A stretch of DNA of 64,000 nucleotides from Candidatus Bathyarchaeia archaeon (GTDB lineage: Archaea; Thermoproteota; CALKCG01; B24), in the NCBI GenBank assembly GCA_038870975.1, contig JAVZJD010000001.1:576001-640000 (forward strand), read 5' to 3'. Positions within the stretch are counted from its first letter, which is position 1; every line of letters begins with the position of its first letter. The notes under the pieces were generated by a model, which ran no database searches, was not told the DNA's origin, and worked only from the letters and a program-made list of their open reading frames with translations. Of this stretch, positions 1 through 9,505 are shown one piece after another. The translations under genes were made by a program, and so were the position numbers.

Positions 1-1350
1 TGCTGTTCTACGTGGGAAAGCTGGCCAACATGGACTCTTCACACGGCCGATGTCGCTGTATGGAGCTGGAGGGATCAAGTAATCCGCTGGAGAAACCATC
101 CATCTGTCTTCCTTTACGCATATGGAAGTGACAAGTATCCACCCCCGGAGGTCGAAGCTAGATATATAGAGGTGCTCAATAAATACGACCCTACTAGACC
201 CTACATATCTTCGTGTACAAGTGCTCCATCTAAGATAGCGGGGCATACGGGGGTTTACATGGGTCCTTGGCCTGATGTGTACGCCTACTATCCCCCGTCA
301 TACTGGTATACGAAATTAGAATTCAACACTGAATGTGGTCCCAGTGGTGAGCAGGTTCCGCCTATAGCGAGTTTACGTAAAATGATGCCTGAAGAGGAGC
401 TGTGGCCACCTACTACTCCTTCGTGGATGGTGCGTTTACACCCAAGTTTCTACCCTAAGATGAGAGCGGCCTTATATTCACGCTACGGCGAGCCAACAAC
501 GCTTGAGGAATACTGCATGAAGTCGCAAGTGCTTCAGTATGAGGCTGTCCGTGCGATGTTTGAGGCATTTGCCCACAACAAGTACTTCTCCAGTGGCGTT
601 ATATTTTGGAAGCTCAACTCCGCCTGGCCAACACTGTACTGGCAACTTTACGACTACTATCTAAAACCTAACGGCGCTTTTTACGGTGCGCAAACCGCAT
701 GTGAGCCACTACACGTATATTACAACTATGTTGACAATTCAGTCTACGTTGTAAATGGATACCGTAAAAGCTTTGAAGATTTAGAAGTGCTTGTGAAGGT
801 TTTAAACTTCGATATGACGGAGAAGTTTTCCACGTCAGTAACTATAAACGCGGGGCCAGATAGCACCAACTTTGTCCTCACGATCCCCACATTGGAAAAC
901 CTGAGCCCAGTCTACTTCATAAAGCTTGAGCTTAAGGATAGAGGGGGGAACTTAATAAGCTCCAACTTCTACTGGCTGTCGACTAAAGGTGATGCATATG
1001 CTGACTTTACCCAATTGATGAAACTTCCACTTGTTGATTTAGATGTGACGGCGGAGTTGGAGGAGAAAAACGACGAATACATCGTTCACATAACGTTCGT
1101 AAATCCGACAAACAGCCTCGCGTTCTTCATCAACCCCAGCATACTTAAGGGTTCACATGGACCCGAAGTCCTGCCGACTCTCTGGAGCTCCAACTATTTC
1201 AGTTTGACCCCGGGAGAGAAAAGAACAGTGACAGCGACTTTCGCTAAGAAGACACTAGGTGCAGAAGACCCTCATTTAATGGTAGAAGGGTGGAACATAA
1301 AACCAAAAGAGATCAACCTGAGGGCGGTTAGAAGTTCAAGATTATCTTGA
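1..1350 (+). CDS. GH2 glycoside hydrolase, exo-beta-D-glucosaminidase (CsxA)-like; 5' end outside window
   Basis: Frame 1 is open from base 1 (CCSTWESW...RWRNHPSVFLYAYGSD). It shows NHPS plus GSD acid/base motif, FNTE nucleophile region, W-x-LN-x-AWP-x-LYWQLYDYY and a C-terminal Ig-like domain. Confidence 0.8.
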   Translation, partial: CCSTWESWPTWTLHTADVAVWSWRDQVIRWRNHPSVFLYAYGSDKYPPPEVEARYIEVLNKYDPTRPYISSCTSAPSKIAGHTGVYMGPWPDVYAYYPPSYWYTKLEFNTECGPSGEQVPPIASLRKMMPEEELWPPTTPSWMVRLHPSFYPKMRAALYSRYGEPTTLEEYCMKSQVLQYEAVRAMFEAFAHNKYFSSGVIFWKLNSAWPTLYWQLYDYYLKPNGAFYGAQTACEPLHVYYNYVDNSVYVVNGYRKSFEDLEVLVKVLNFDMTEKFSTSVTINAGPDSTNFVLTIPTLENLSPVYFIKLELKDRGGNLISSNFYWLSTKGDAYADFTQLMKLPLVDLDVTAELEEKNDEYIVHITFVNPTNSLAFFINPSILKGSHGPEVLPTLWSSNYFSLTPGEKRTVTATFAKKTLGAEDPHLMVEGWNIKPKEINLRAVRSSRLS

Positions 1351-1381
1351 AGAATTTTTTCTAAAAGACACATCAACATAA

Positions 1382-1406
1382 TCAAGCCTATTTTTCATAG
1401 GCTTGA
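1382..1406. terminator. Perfect 10-bp inverted repeat between convergent genes (candidate bidirectional terminator)
   Basis: TCAAGCCTAT-TTTTC-ATAGGCTTGA between the stops at 1350 and 1415. Confidence 0.5.
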
Positions 1407-1414
1407 AGCTATGT

Positions 1415-2302
1415 CTAGTAAAGCCGATATCTTGGAAAAACAACCTTGGAAAACTCTTTCAACATAGTTTTTGCCGTGCCAGTCGAAACCCTTGTCATCG
1501 AAAAGTCTATTATTATCGTATCGGCTCCAGCCTCAGAGTAACTCTCTATATTTGAAAGCCACTCTTCGGGGGTTTCGCCGAGTCCATCAGGATATGTAAA
1601 TGAGGGAGCTAATGAAATTCGTCTCCCCCCTGCGGTTTCAGCAAGGCATAGAGCTATTCTCCTAAAATCCTTAATTGGAATGTTTGAAAGCAGTAAGAGT
1701 CCATCACCATATTTAGCGGTAGCCTTCAATATCGCATTAGAAGAGCCTCCGAACCATATCGGTGGGTGGGGCTTCTGAATGGGTTTAGGCCAGAATGGCG
1801 CTTCAACAACCCTATAGAACTTGCCTATATATGTGACCTTATCTTCCTCAACCCAGAGCTTCAGTACAATTTCTAGGGCTTCCAGCATTCTAGATATACG
1901 CTCTTCATGTCTACCCCAGTAAACACCGTAGGATACGGCTTCATCTCTAAACCATCCTGCACCAACACCGAAGTTGACACGTCCTTCAGAAATAATGTCC
2001 ACTGTAGCTACGATTTTAGCCAATTTAGCCGGCTCGTAGAAGGGTAGAGGTGAAACCCTAGCGCCTAATCTTATTCTTTTCGTCTGTGTTGCTAATGCTG
2101 AAAGCAGAGTCCAAGCGTCAAGTTTATTCGGCTTATCAGGGTCCCATCCGGTCTTCTCGTAAAATTCCCTCGGAAGGAAGAAGTGATCTCCAACCCAAAG
2201 GGAGTTGAAGCCCAGTTCATCAGCTGCAAGAGAAACCTCTAGAACCTCCCTATAGCCGTATTCACCGTGAGTAGGAAGATGAACCCCGAATTTCAGATGC
2301 AA
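1415..2302 (-). CDS. LLM-class (probably F420-dependent) oxidoreductase
   Basis: KFGVHLP, SLWVGDH, LAKIVATVDIISEGR, GVGAGW and PKPIQKPHPPIWFGG motifs. The likely start is TTG at 2302 after a purine-rich SD, not 2389. Confidence 0.85.
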   Translation of the reverse strand: MHLKFGVHLPTHGEYGYREVLEVSLAADELGFNSLWVGDHFFLPREFYEKTGWDPDKPNKLDAWTLLSALATQTKRIRLGARVSPLPFYEPAKLAKIVATVDIISEGRVNFGVGAGWFRDEAVSYGVYWGRHEERISRMLEALEIVLKLWVEEDKVTYIGKFYRVVEAPFWPKPIQKPHPPIWFGGSSNAILKATAKYGDGLLLLSNIPIKDFRRIALCLAETAGGRRISLAPSFTYPDGLGETPEEWLSNIESYSEAGADTIIIDFSMTRVSTGTAKTMLKEFSKVVFPRYRLY

Positions 2303-2533
2303 AATCCTTCCCCCTTTAAAACTCCATGTATTTGATAGTCTTTTGCTCAGTCGTATAGAAGACTCTCTTTCACGAAAGCTTATAAGCATTTTTCGATTGA
2401 GAACTCTTCATTCGTTGAGCGTAGTTAATCGTAGTTTTATGGTGTTCCTCTTCATTGCATCTACGAAGAGGGTATCCAGAGTTTGCAAATCTTAGGTAGT
2501 TGAATGGAAAACGTAGTAGCAGGATAGATTACA

Positions 2534-2831
2534 ATGGTAAAGATGGTGGTTTATGAGTCAAAGTATGGTGATGCAAAACGTGTAGCGGAGTTAATAATCG
2601 AAGGAGTGAGTGAAATTGGCGGAATAGAAGTCTCCCTTAAAGAACTTCAAAAAAAGTAGATCTTAAAAACTATCCCCGATTATGATGTAATTCTAATTGG
2701 TTCCCCAAACCACATGGGTGGACCTAAAAGAGCTATTAAAGGCTTCATAGACAAGCTTGACAGATTACAGTTAGAAGGAAAGATGTTTGCCGTTTTCGAT
2801 ACATATATGGAGGGAAGATTTCCAAAAAGCC
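2534..2831 (+). pseudogene. Flavodoxin-domain pseudogene (multiple frameshifts, truncated)
   Basis: MVKMVVYESKYGDAKRVAELI...KELQKK then stop after an A7 run (2649-2655). Another frame continues IPDYDVILIGSPNHMGG...FAVFDTYM, then shifts again to EDFQKA and ends. Confidence 0.8.
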
Positions 2832-2854
2832 CCAAGGTTAAAGCAGATGGCGGT

Positions 2855-2972
2855 CTTTTTTACTTCTTCCTCTAAGGCCCTTCTTAGAACCTGGAATATT
2901 GATGCCAAGTCTCTCAGCTTCCTCCTTAATATCCTTTCTAACTTTAGTGGAGACCGTAATATACCTACTCAC
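2855..2972 (-). pseudogene. Frameshifted type II antitoxin remnant (VapB/CcdA-like RHH)
   Basis: GTG-SRYITVSTKVRKDIKEEAERLGINI, frameshift near 2894, then QVLRRALEEEVKK. This is a typical archaeal antitoxin pattern; no toxin follows. Confidence 0.7.
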
Positions 2973-3256
2973 TGAAAACGGTTATACGCTCATCAATTTT
3001 GCTTAGGTGATTTTTAGCCTTAATCTACACACGATTTGCTCTAACATATTGGATACTGTAGGATAGTCTCTGAAATTCTCCGCCCCTTGCTTTGAAACGT
3101 CTATGTCATTTCATAGTTAGGAGTACGTATGCCTAGAGGCTATTATAAGTCTACGGCTACACATAGAGGTAAGAGCCTTTTAATATATGGAGGGGGAACA
3201 CGTTAAGCTTATGTTTATCAAATGTCTAGTTTACCGACGTATGCTGGAGGCTTAAA

Positions 3257-4501
3257 ATGACTGCTTCCGATTTCTTTAAACGCTTAGATAGAAGGTTTAA
3301 GATTCTACTCGCCTCTATCGGTCTTCATACGTGGTCTTCAAGTCTACCATCGCAGTATAATCAGCTTTACGCAGTATCTTTAGGAGCCAACCCGATCGAA
3401 TTGGGCTCTTTAGATAGCATAGGAGGTGTGGTTAGCTCCATATTTTCAGCCCCAGCCGGGTGGCTTATAGACAAATACGGCGTTAAGAACATGTTAGTAG
3501 TAGGATTAATGATGTCGGCGCTAGTCGCAGCCATGTATGGTTTTGCGTTAAACTGGTGGATGCTCATACCAGCGATAATCTTAATGAGGATTAGTATGCT
3601 ACTTATAATGCCTTTAACCGATGTAATCATCATTGGAGTGACTGAACCTAAGAATAGAGCATTTGCAATGGGATTATCGCGTACAATATGGGCTATACCA
3701 AGCATTTTCGCACCATTCACAGCAGCAATGGTGGTCTCTAGCTTCGGAGGGATAAATGTTGAAGGTATAAGACCTCTATATTTCATACAACTAATAGCGT
3801 TCTTACTGACCGTAGTGTTCACTATGGTAATGCTCGAACCACTACCGATTCATAGGAGAGAGCCGCAATATGCTTCAAAGAAGTTCAACCTCTTCAACTA
3901 CTACAATGAATTTTTGAGAAGTGAAAAATGGCTTAAACATTGGCTGATTACGATGGCTGTTATACGTCTAGGAGGCATATCAACACCCTTTGTACCGCTA
4001 TGGATTGTGGACGTGAAAGGTGCCGATCCATATCTACTCGGGGTTTTGGGAACAGTAAGTGTAGCAGTATCACTCTTACTGCAGATTCCAATGGGTAAAC
4101 TTGCAGACACAATCGGACGGAAAAAGGTTTTTCTAATCCTCCGCCCCTTTAGCTACATCGGTACTCTACTACTTGTCTGGGCTCCAAACCCCATGGTCTT
4201 AATCTTTGCTGGGGCATTTGGGGCTATGGGGCTTATGGTTTTCGGCGGTGGAATAGGTGGTATAAGCTTTATTCCATTCATTACGATGTATTGGGAGAGC
4301 TTCCCAGCTGAGAAAAGAGGTAGACTTCAAGGGATAAGCGGTCTACTAGACTTTATAGGGTCATTCGCCACCATACTTGGAGGATTTCTATGGCAAGCTG
4401 GATACATGGAGCTTGTTCTACTATTGCCAATGCTAATAGATGTCATGGTTCTGGTTCCAACTTTCCTGGTTATACCGGAAAGCCTAGGTAGAAGTAGTTA
4501 G
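3257..4501 (+). CDS. MFS transporter
   Basis: About 12 hydrophobic segments; motif A repeated (GWLIDKYGVK, GKLADTIGRK). Confidence 0.9.
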   Translation: MTASDFFKRLDRRFKILLASIGLHTWSSSLPSQYNQLYAVSLGANPIELGSLDSIGGVVSSIFSAPAGWLIDKYGVKNMLVVGLMMSALVAAMYGFALNWWMLIPAIILMRISMLLIMPLTDVIIIGVTEPKNRAFAMGLSRTIWAIPSIFAPFTAAMVVSSFGGINVEGIRPLYFIQLIAFLLTVVFTMVMLEPLPIHRREPQYASKKFNLFNYYNEFLRSEKWLKHWLITMAVIRLGGISTPFVPLWIVDVKGADPYLLGVLGTVSVAVSLLLQIPMGKLADTIGRKKVFLILRPFSYIGTLLLVWAPNPMVLIFAGAFGAMGLMVFGGGIGGISFIPFITMYWESFPAEKRGRLQGISGLLDFIGSFATILGGFLWQAGYMELVLLLPMLIDVMVLVPTFLVIPESLGRSS

Positions 4502-4545
4502 GTGAAAACCATACCATGGATGGCTTAAACAGTGGACGTTAGAGT

Positions 4546-4755
4546 TTAAAAAGTTTTAAATTCAGATGGCTTAGATTTCAGTTTTTTAAGGTACTCTGAG
4601 GCTTCTCTGGCGTTTTTAAATCTGGCTATGATTCTTGAAGACGTTAAATGGATTGTTGTATTACAGTAGGGACACCTAGCAGACCTAGTTGAAGAAGTTA
4701 AAGATAAACGTCCACATTCAGGGCATCTATATATTTTGAATTGCCTCCTACTCAT
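4546..4755 (-). CDS. Small zinc-ribbon protein (DUF1922-like)
   Basis: CPECG...CPYC; overlaps the adenylate kinase stop by 4 nt (operon). Confidence 0.7.
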   Translation of the reverse strand: MSRRQFKIYRCPECGRLSLTSSTRSARCPYCNTTIHLTSSRIIARFKNAREASEYLKKLKSKPSEFKTF

Positions 4756-5327
4756 TCAAATACACCTCTAATGTACTTCTCAAGAAGACCCTCCTCAGCG
4801 AGTTTAGATATCCAATCAACTATGCCTATTTTAGGCTTAGCTTCACCCCTGTAGAAGGCTAAAGCCTCTGAAATAAGCTGTTCAACGGGTTTATCTGTTG
4901 AATCGAGTTCGCACAGTTTATCCATATAAACCTCTGAAGCCTCAACTAAACATACGTCTAAAATTTCAGCCATAACGTTTTCATGTATCTTTCTATGAGG
5001 ATAGCCTTTAGATTTAAGCCTCATCATTAAAACCCTAGGATGACATCTCAAGACGAAGGCGATTCTAACGTATTTATATGGCGCTATTAAATGCGCTATA
5101 TGACCATCCAGAACTACATCGTCATTTTTAATACCTCTAATAGCTCTCCTAAGTCTAACCATATCTACGATATGCGTCTGCCTTTCATCGTCAAACCCCA
5201 GTATTAACCCCCTATCTAAGCAGAATCTTCCCACGTCTATATGCGTAAAGCCGATTTCCCTAGCTAAAGCCTCTGAAAAAACAGTCTTACCAGTTCCAGG
5301 AGTACCAGTTACAACTATGAAAACCAA
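4752..5327 (-). CDS. Archaeal AK6/Fap7-type adenylate kinase
   Basis: TGTPGTGKT P-loop, DGH motif, VLRCHP, KI-x-EN-x-x-AE. Confidence 0.9.
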   Translation of the reverse strand: MVFIVVTGTPGTGKTVFSEALAREIGFTHIDVGRFCLDRGLILGFDDERQTHIVDMVRLRRAIRGIKNDDVVLDGHIAHLIAPYKYVRIAFVLRCHPRVLMMRLKSKGYPHRKIHENVMAEILDVCLVEASEVYMDKLCELDSTDKPVEQLISEALAFYRGEAKPKIGIVDWISKLAEEGLLEKYIRGVFE

Positions 5328-5429
5328 GCTTCTCTAAATTTTAAGAATTTCCCCTATAAATGGTTTCACCATTCACGTTAAAAATCGCCAAAATTAAATA
5401 AACGAATAGAGTAGCTATTTTCAAGGTTT

Positions 5430-7295
5430 ATGAAAATCCCCGACTTACATGAGCTGAAGAGGCTTGTTAGGAATCCCACTACCCGTCCACTTCTTCTAAC
5501 GGACATCGGCGGTTTTGAAGCTCTACGTAGTAGAATGATGGAAGATCGTTTGAGAAATCGTATAGAGGGTGTGTTGAAAAACGCAAATAAACTGTTAAAT
5601 GATTCAATTCCACAGCTTCCACGTTCTCTCTACGACGACTTTTTTAGAACAGGTCGCCGTCATGTTTTCGAAGAGCCATACTTTCTACGTAGAAGGGCGG
5701 TTGAAGATTTAACCCTAGCCTACATATTTACTGGGAGAAATACATACCTAGACCGCTGTAGGGACTACCTGTGGGCTATAATGGAGGAGTTTACATGGGT
5801 TATACCAGCTCATGCGAAAACACCCTTCAAACCCGGGGAAGAGCACGTGGTAGATCTATTCTCCTCTGGAACTGCTATGCTTTTAGCCGACACGTGGGAT
5901 TTGCTGTTCAACGATTTAGATAAGGAGACGCTTGAATGGATGCGCTACAATATTCTACGACGTGTTCTAATACCTTTAAGAGAACACTATTATGAACAAT
6001 GGTGGAGTAAAGGCTACGAATCCAACTGGTGCGGCGTCTGCGCTGGAAACTCTGGCTGTGCTTTAATACTAGTAGCGTTAGATGAGCCCTGGTCTATGGA
6101 ACTGCTCCATAAGATTCTTAAGAGCATCGACGGCTTTCTATCGACGGCAGATCCAGATGGTGCTTGGGTTGAAGGTGTCGGATACTGGTTTTACGGCTTC
6201 TCCAGGGTCTTCTACTTCTCAGATTTACTTGCTAAAGTAACAGATGGCAGGATAGATATACTTGAAGACCCCAGAATTAAAGCGACTATAACATTCCCCG
6301 TTTGGATGTATCTTCCACCACGCTCCCAAGTGAACTTTGGAGATACTGGAAATACACCCTCAGTGTACATGGATATTCTAAACCTTATCTTAAAACGTTA
6401 TAAAGAGCCTAGTATTGCATGGTACATTCAACGTCTTGAAGAAGAGGGGCTTATAAACAACGGTGTATCTCTACGCGAATTGATATGGAAGCCTGATGAG
6501 GTAGAGCCAAGACCTCCAGAACAGACCTCTAAATGGTATCGTAGAATAGGTGTTGTAATTACACGGTCTTCTTGGAACGACTTAGACGCCCCGATTCTCG
6601 CGGTGAAAGCTGGCCACAATGCCGAGCCCCACAACCACGTAGATGTAGGTCAATTTATATACCACTGCTATGGCAACAGTTTCATCTGCGACTTAGGAGT
6701 AGGCATCTACGATAGAGACTACTTCGGCTTTAAAAGATACGAGAACCCCATCTGTGGGGCGGAAGGGCATAATTTAATCTTCGTAGATGGGAGGAGTCAA
6801 GCCGTAGGCAGAGAGTATAAGGGAGAGATAGTCGAGTTTAAACATGAAGACGACTGGGAGCTCATTAAGTTAGACCTTACAGGAGCATATCCCTCCGACA
6901 TACTATCGAAAGCCATGAGAACCCTAGTATTCTTTAAACGTAGTGGTTTAGTTTTAGTAGATGAAGTCGCATGTAGAGAAAACGCTCTAGTGGAAACAAG
7001 GTTGCACTTTAGAGGAGACTTCCAACAGATGGACCATTGGGTTGACGTAGTCGCGGAGAAAGGTCGTGTACGGATACAACCTGAAGGCTACTCCATAGAA
7101 GTAGCTGTAGACCACCATAAGGGGCTGAAGACCCGTGACGCGATGCTCGTTAATGCTAAGTACATCAGGTTGATTAAACGGGCTATTAGAGGATGTGCTG
7201 AAATACGGGTTTACATGATCCCACATAGGACTATTGAGGAACTCAATATACGTCTAACAGAGTTGGAGGAGAAGTTACTAGAGTTGAAAATTTAG
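5430..7295 (+). CDS. Heparinase II/III-family protein (putative oligosaccharide lyase)
   Basis: SNW, DGAWVEG-x-x-YW-x-YG, NFGD, HN-x-EPHNH-x-D-x-G-x-F and GHN motifs. Confidence 0.8.
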   Translation: MKIPDLHELKRLVRNPTTRPLLLTDIGGFEALRSRMMEDRLRNRIEGVLKNANKLLNDSIPQLPRSLYDDFFRTGRRHVFEEPYFLRRRAVEDLTLAYIFTGRNTYLDRCRDYLWAIMEEFTWVIPAHAKTPFKPGEEHVVDLFSSGTAMLLADTWDLLFNDLDKETLEWMRYNILRRVLIPLREHYYEQWWSKGYESNWCGVCAGNSGCALILVALDEPWSMELLHKILKSIDGFLSTADPDGAWVEGVGYWFYGFSRVFYFSDLLAKVTDGRIDILEDPRIKATITFPVWMYLPPRSQVNFGDTGNTPSVYMDILNLILKRYKEPSIAWYIQRLEEEGLINNGVSLRELIWKPDEVEPRPPEQTSKWYRRIGVVITRSSWNDLDAPILAVKAGHNAEPHNHVDVGQFIYHCYGNSFICDLGVGIYDRDYFGFKRYENPICGAEGHNLIFVDGRSQAVGREYKGEIVEFKHEDDWELIKLDLTGAYPSDILSKAMRTLVFFKRSGLVLVDEVACRENALVETRLHFRGDFQQMDHWVDVVAEKGRVRIQPEGYSIEVAVDHHKGLKTRDAMLVNAKYIRLIKRAIRGCAEIRVYMIPHRTIEELNIRLTELEEKLLELKI

Positions 7296-7422
7296 AGGAT
7301 TCATAGCATAGTAGTGTTATAAGCAAATTAAATGGATGGCTGTGAAGCCCCAAATCTTCTACTTCCCGCGTTTATTCGTAAAATTTAAAACATTTTAAGA
7401 ATAACGTGTAGAGAGATGACTT

Positions 7423-8646
7423 ATGCGCTCTACGCACGTGAAAATTTCAGAGGTAATAGCGAATATGCACGTTGTAGACACGCATGAGCACACTTACCCA
7501 CAGGAACTCGTAGCGAGTAGAAACCCGTCTATTGTTGACATTTTCGAGGGCGCCTACATTTTCTGGACTGCCAAACCTCCTGCGAAGAGAAATGATCTCA
7601 AAAGCCTTGTAGAAAGCGTTAGAGAGATTTCAGGAAGTACCTTCTACAAAGCCTGTAGTATTGCGATTAAGGACATATACGGAGTGGATATAGATCCTCC
7701 TACTGAAGAGGCTTTCATAGAAGCTTCAAATTTAATCCGTGAAGCCTATAAGAGCAAGTATTGGACTAGGAGAATATTTAAGGAAAGTTCTCTAATAGAT
7801 GGTGTTCTTTGGGATCCATACTGGGATATTTGGGGAGAGAGCTTCGACCCAGAGCTTTTCAAGCCCGTCTTTAGGATAAACTCACTACTGTTTGGCTATA
7901 GGAGAGACGTTAGAGACCACAATGGAAACAGTCCCTACGTTTTCGAAAAGTACTTGAATCTTAAAGTTGAAACGTTTGAAGATTACATGAATCTCGTTGA
8001 TAAGGTTTTAGAGGAGGCTAAGAAGAGAGGCTATGTTGCGCTTAAATCGGCTCTTGCATACGATAGACCAATACTGTTTGAAGAAGTTGAGGAAGATGAA
8101 GCTAGAAGGGTTTTTAATAAGAGAGATTTAGGATTAACGTCTAGAGATGTTAAGCTATTCCAAGACTTCATCTTCCACCATATTCTAAGTAAAGCGAGCG
8201 AGCTTGACTTTCCAATTCAATTCCATACGGGTTTAGCCATCATAGAAGGGTCAAATCCCATGAACCTAGTAAACGTCATACGTAAGTACAGCAATGTCGA
8301 TTTCATACTTTTCCACGGTGGATATCCTTGGATAAGGGAAACCGCGGCAATAGCTGTGAGCTTCAGAAATGTCTATATAGATTTCTGCTGGCTTCCAATA
8401 ATATCTCCATCAGCCTGTAGACTTCTACTAAGGGAGGTTATTGAACTGGGGCTTTCAAGTAGAGTCATGTGGGGAGGGGATTGTTGGGTTGCTGAAGCCA
8501 CATATGGCGCATTAAAAGTGTTTAAAAGCCTAATATCTGAAGTACTCTGTGAAATGGTGGATAGAGGCTATCTAAAACTTGACGAAGCTTTGGAAATAGC
8601 ATTCCGAGTCTTAAGTGAGAATGCCAGACGGATATTCAACATCTAA
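7423..8646 (+). CDS. Amidohydrolase-superfamily protein (amidohydro_2 / uronate-isomerase-like)
   Basis: DTHEH, PIQFHTG, LFHGGYP and WGGD metal-binding motifs. Confidence 0.8.
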   Translation: MRSTHVKISEVIANMHVVDTHEHTYPQELVASRNPSIVDIFEGAYIFWTAKPPAKRNDLKSLVESVREISGSTFYKACSIAIKDIYGVDIDPPTEEAFIEASNLIREAYKSKYWTRRIFKESSLIDGVLWDPYWDIWGESFDPELFKPVFRINSLLFGYRRDVRDHNGNSPYVFEKYLNLKVETFEDYMNLVDKVLEEAKKRGYVALKSALAYDRPILFEEVEEDEARRVFNKRDLGLTSRDVKLFQDFIFHHILSKASELDFPIQFHTGLAIIEGSNPMNLVNVIRKYSNVDFILFHGGYPWIRETAAIAVSFRNVYIDFCWLPIISPSACRLLLREVIELGLSSRVMWGGDCWVAEATYGALKVFKSLISEVLCEMVDRGYLKLDEALEIAFRVLSENARRIFNI

Positions 8647-8737
8647 ATTTTCTAATTAAACAGGTGAATAAGCATCGGTGGATAAAATGTTTTATTTAAA
8701 GCTATACACTATGATCTTCCAGCGAAGATTATAACTG

Positions 8738-9403
8738 GTGAACACGATGCCATCATTTCAAACAGATTTATCCGACATGCCTTATTGGGCGACTGTGAAG
8801 AGCTGTGAAGAACTTCATAGGCTTGCCTGTAAGCTTCTAGCTAAGCAGGTGGTTGATGATTATGGAATTGCTAGAGGGGTATGTTTAGACCTTGGATGTG
8901 GCTTAGGTTGGTTTGGAATAGAGCTTGCAAAAATCACCGATCTAGAGGTTTTCCTGTTGGATGTAGACCTCGATAAACTACTTAAAGCTCGGGATAATGT
9001 TTTAAAAGAGAACGTTAAAAACCGTGTACATCTACAACGTGCTGACGCGCACAATCTACCTTTTAAAGACTGCTCTATAGACCTTCTCGTATGTAGAGGG
9101 GCTGTATTCTTCTGGGAAAAACCTGATGTTGCTTTCAAAGAGGTTTACCGTGTTATGAAGGTAGGCGCCATTGGCTTCCTAGGAGGAGCCATAGGAAGAT
9201 ACATGCCCATTGATTTAAGGACTAGGCTCATCGATGCCGTTAAAAAAGAGGTGGAAAAACTCGGTTCAAATAAAGAAAGTGAGTGGTGGCGCAGGAGAAG
9301 CCCTGAATGGCTAGCTAAGTGGGTTAATAGGGCTGGCATAGAGTGGTTTAAATTTATACCAGACCCACCAGGAATATGGGTAGAGATCAGAAAGACGACG
9401 TAG
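8738..9403 (+). CDS. Class I SAM-dependent methyltransferase
   Basis: LDLGCGLG motif I, ADAHNLPF, EVYRVMK. Confidence 0.85.
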   Translation: MNTMPSFQTDLSDMPYWATVKSCEELHRLACKLLAKQVVDDYGIARGVCLDLGCGLGWFGIELAKITDLEVFLLDVDLDKLLKARDNVLKENVKNRVHLQRADAHNLPFKDCSIDLLVCRGAVFFWEKPDVAFKEVYRVMKVGAIGFLGGAIGRYMPIDLRTRLIDAVKKEVEKLGSNKESEWWRRRSPEWLAKWVNRAGIEWFKFIPDPPGIWVEIRKTT

Positions 9404-9505
9404 CGAACTATGCTTCTCGTGGCTTTAAATCCGAGGAAAACAAGTCGACCTATTAATATACTCAAACCAAACAAACTTTAATTTTACGAGCCGCGTTAAT
9501 TTTAC

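Noticed and set aside
2787-2975. 62-aa plus-strand ORF
   Set aside because: It is a chimera of the flavodoxin remnant and the antisense of the antitoxin remnant.
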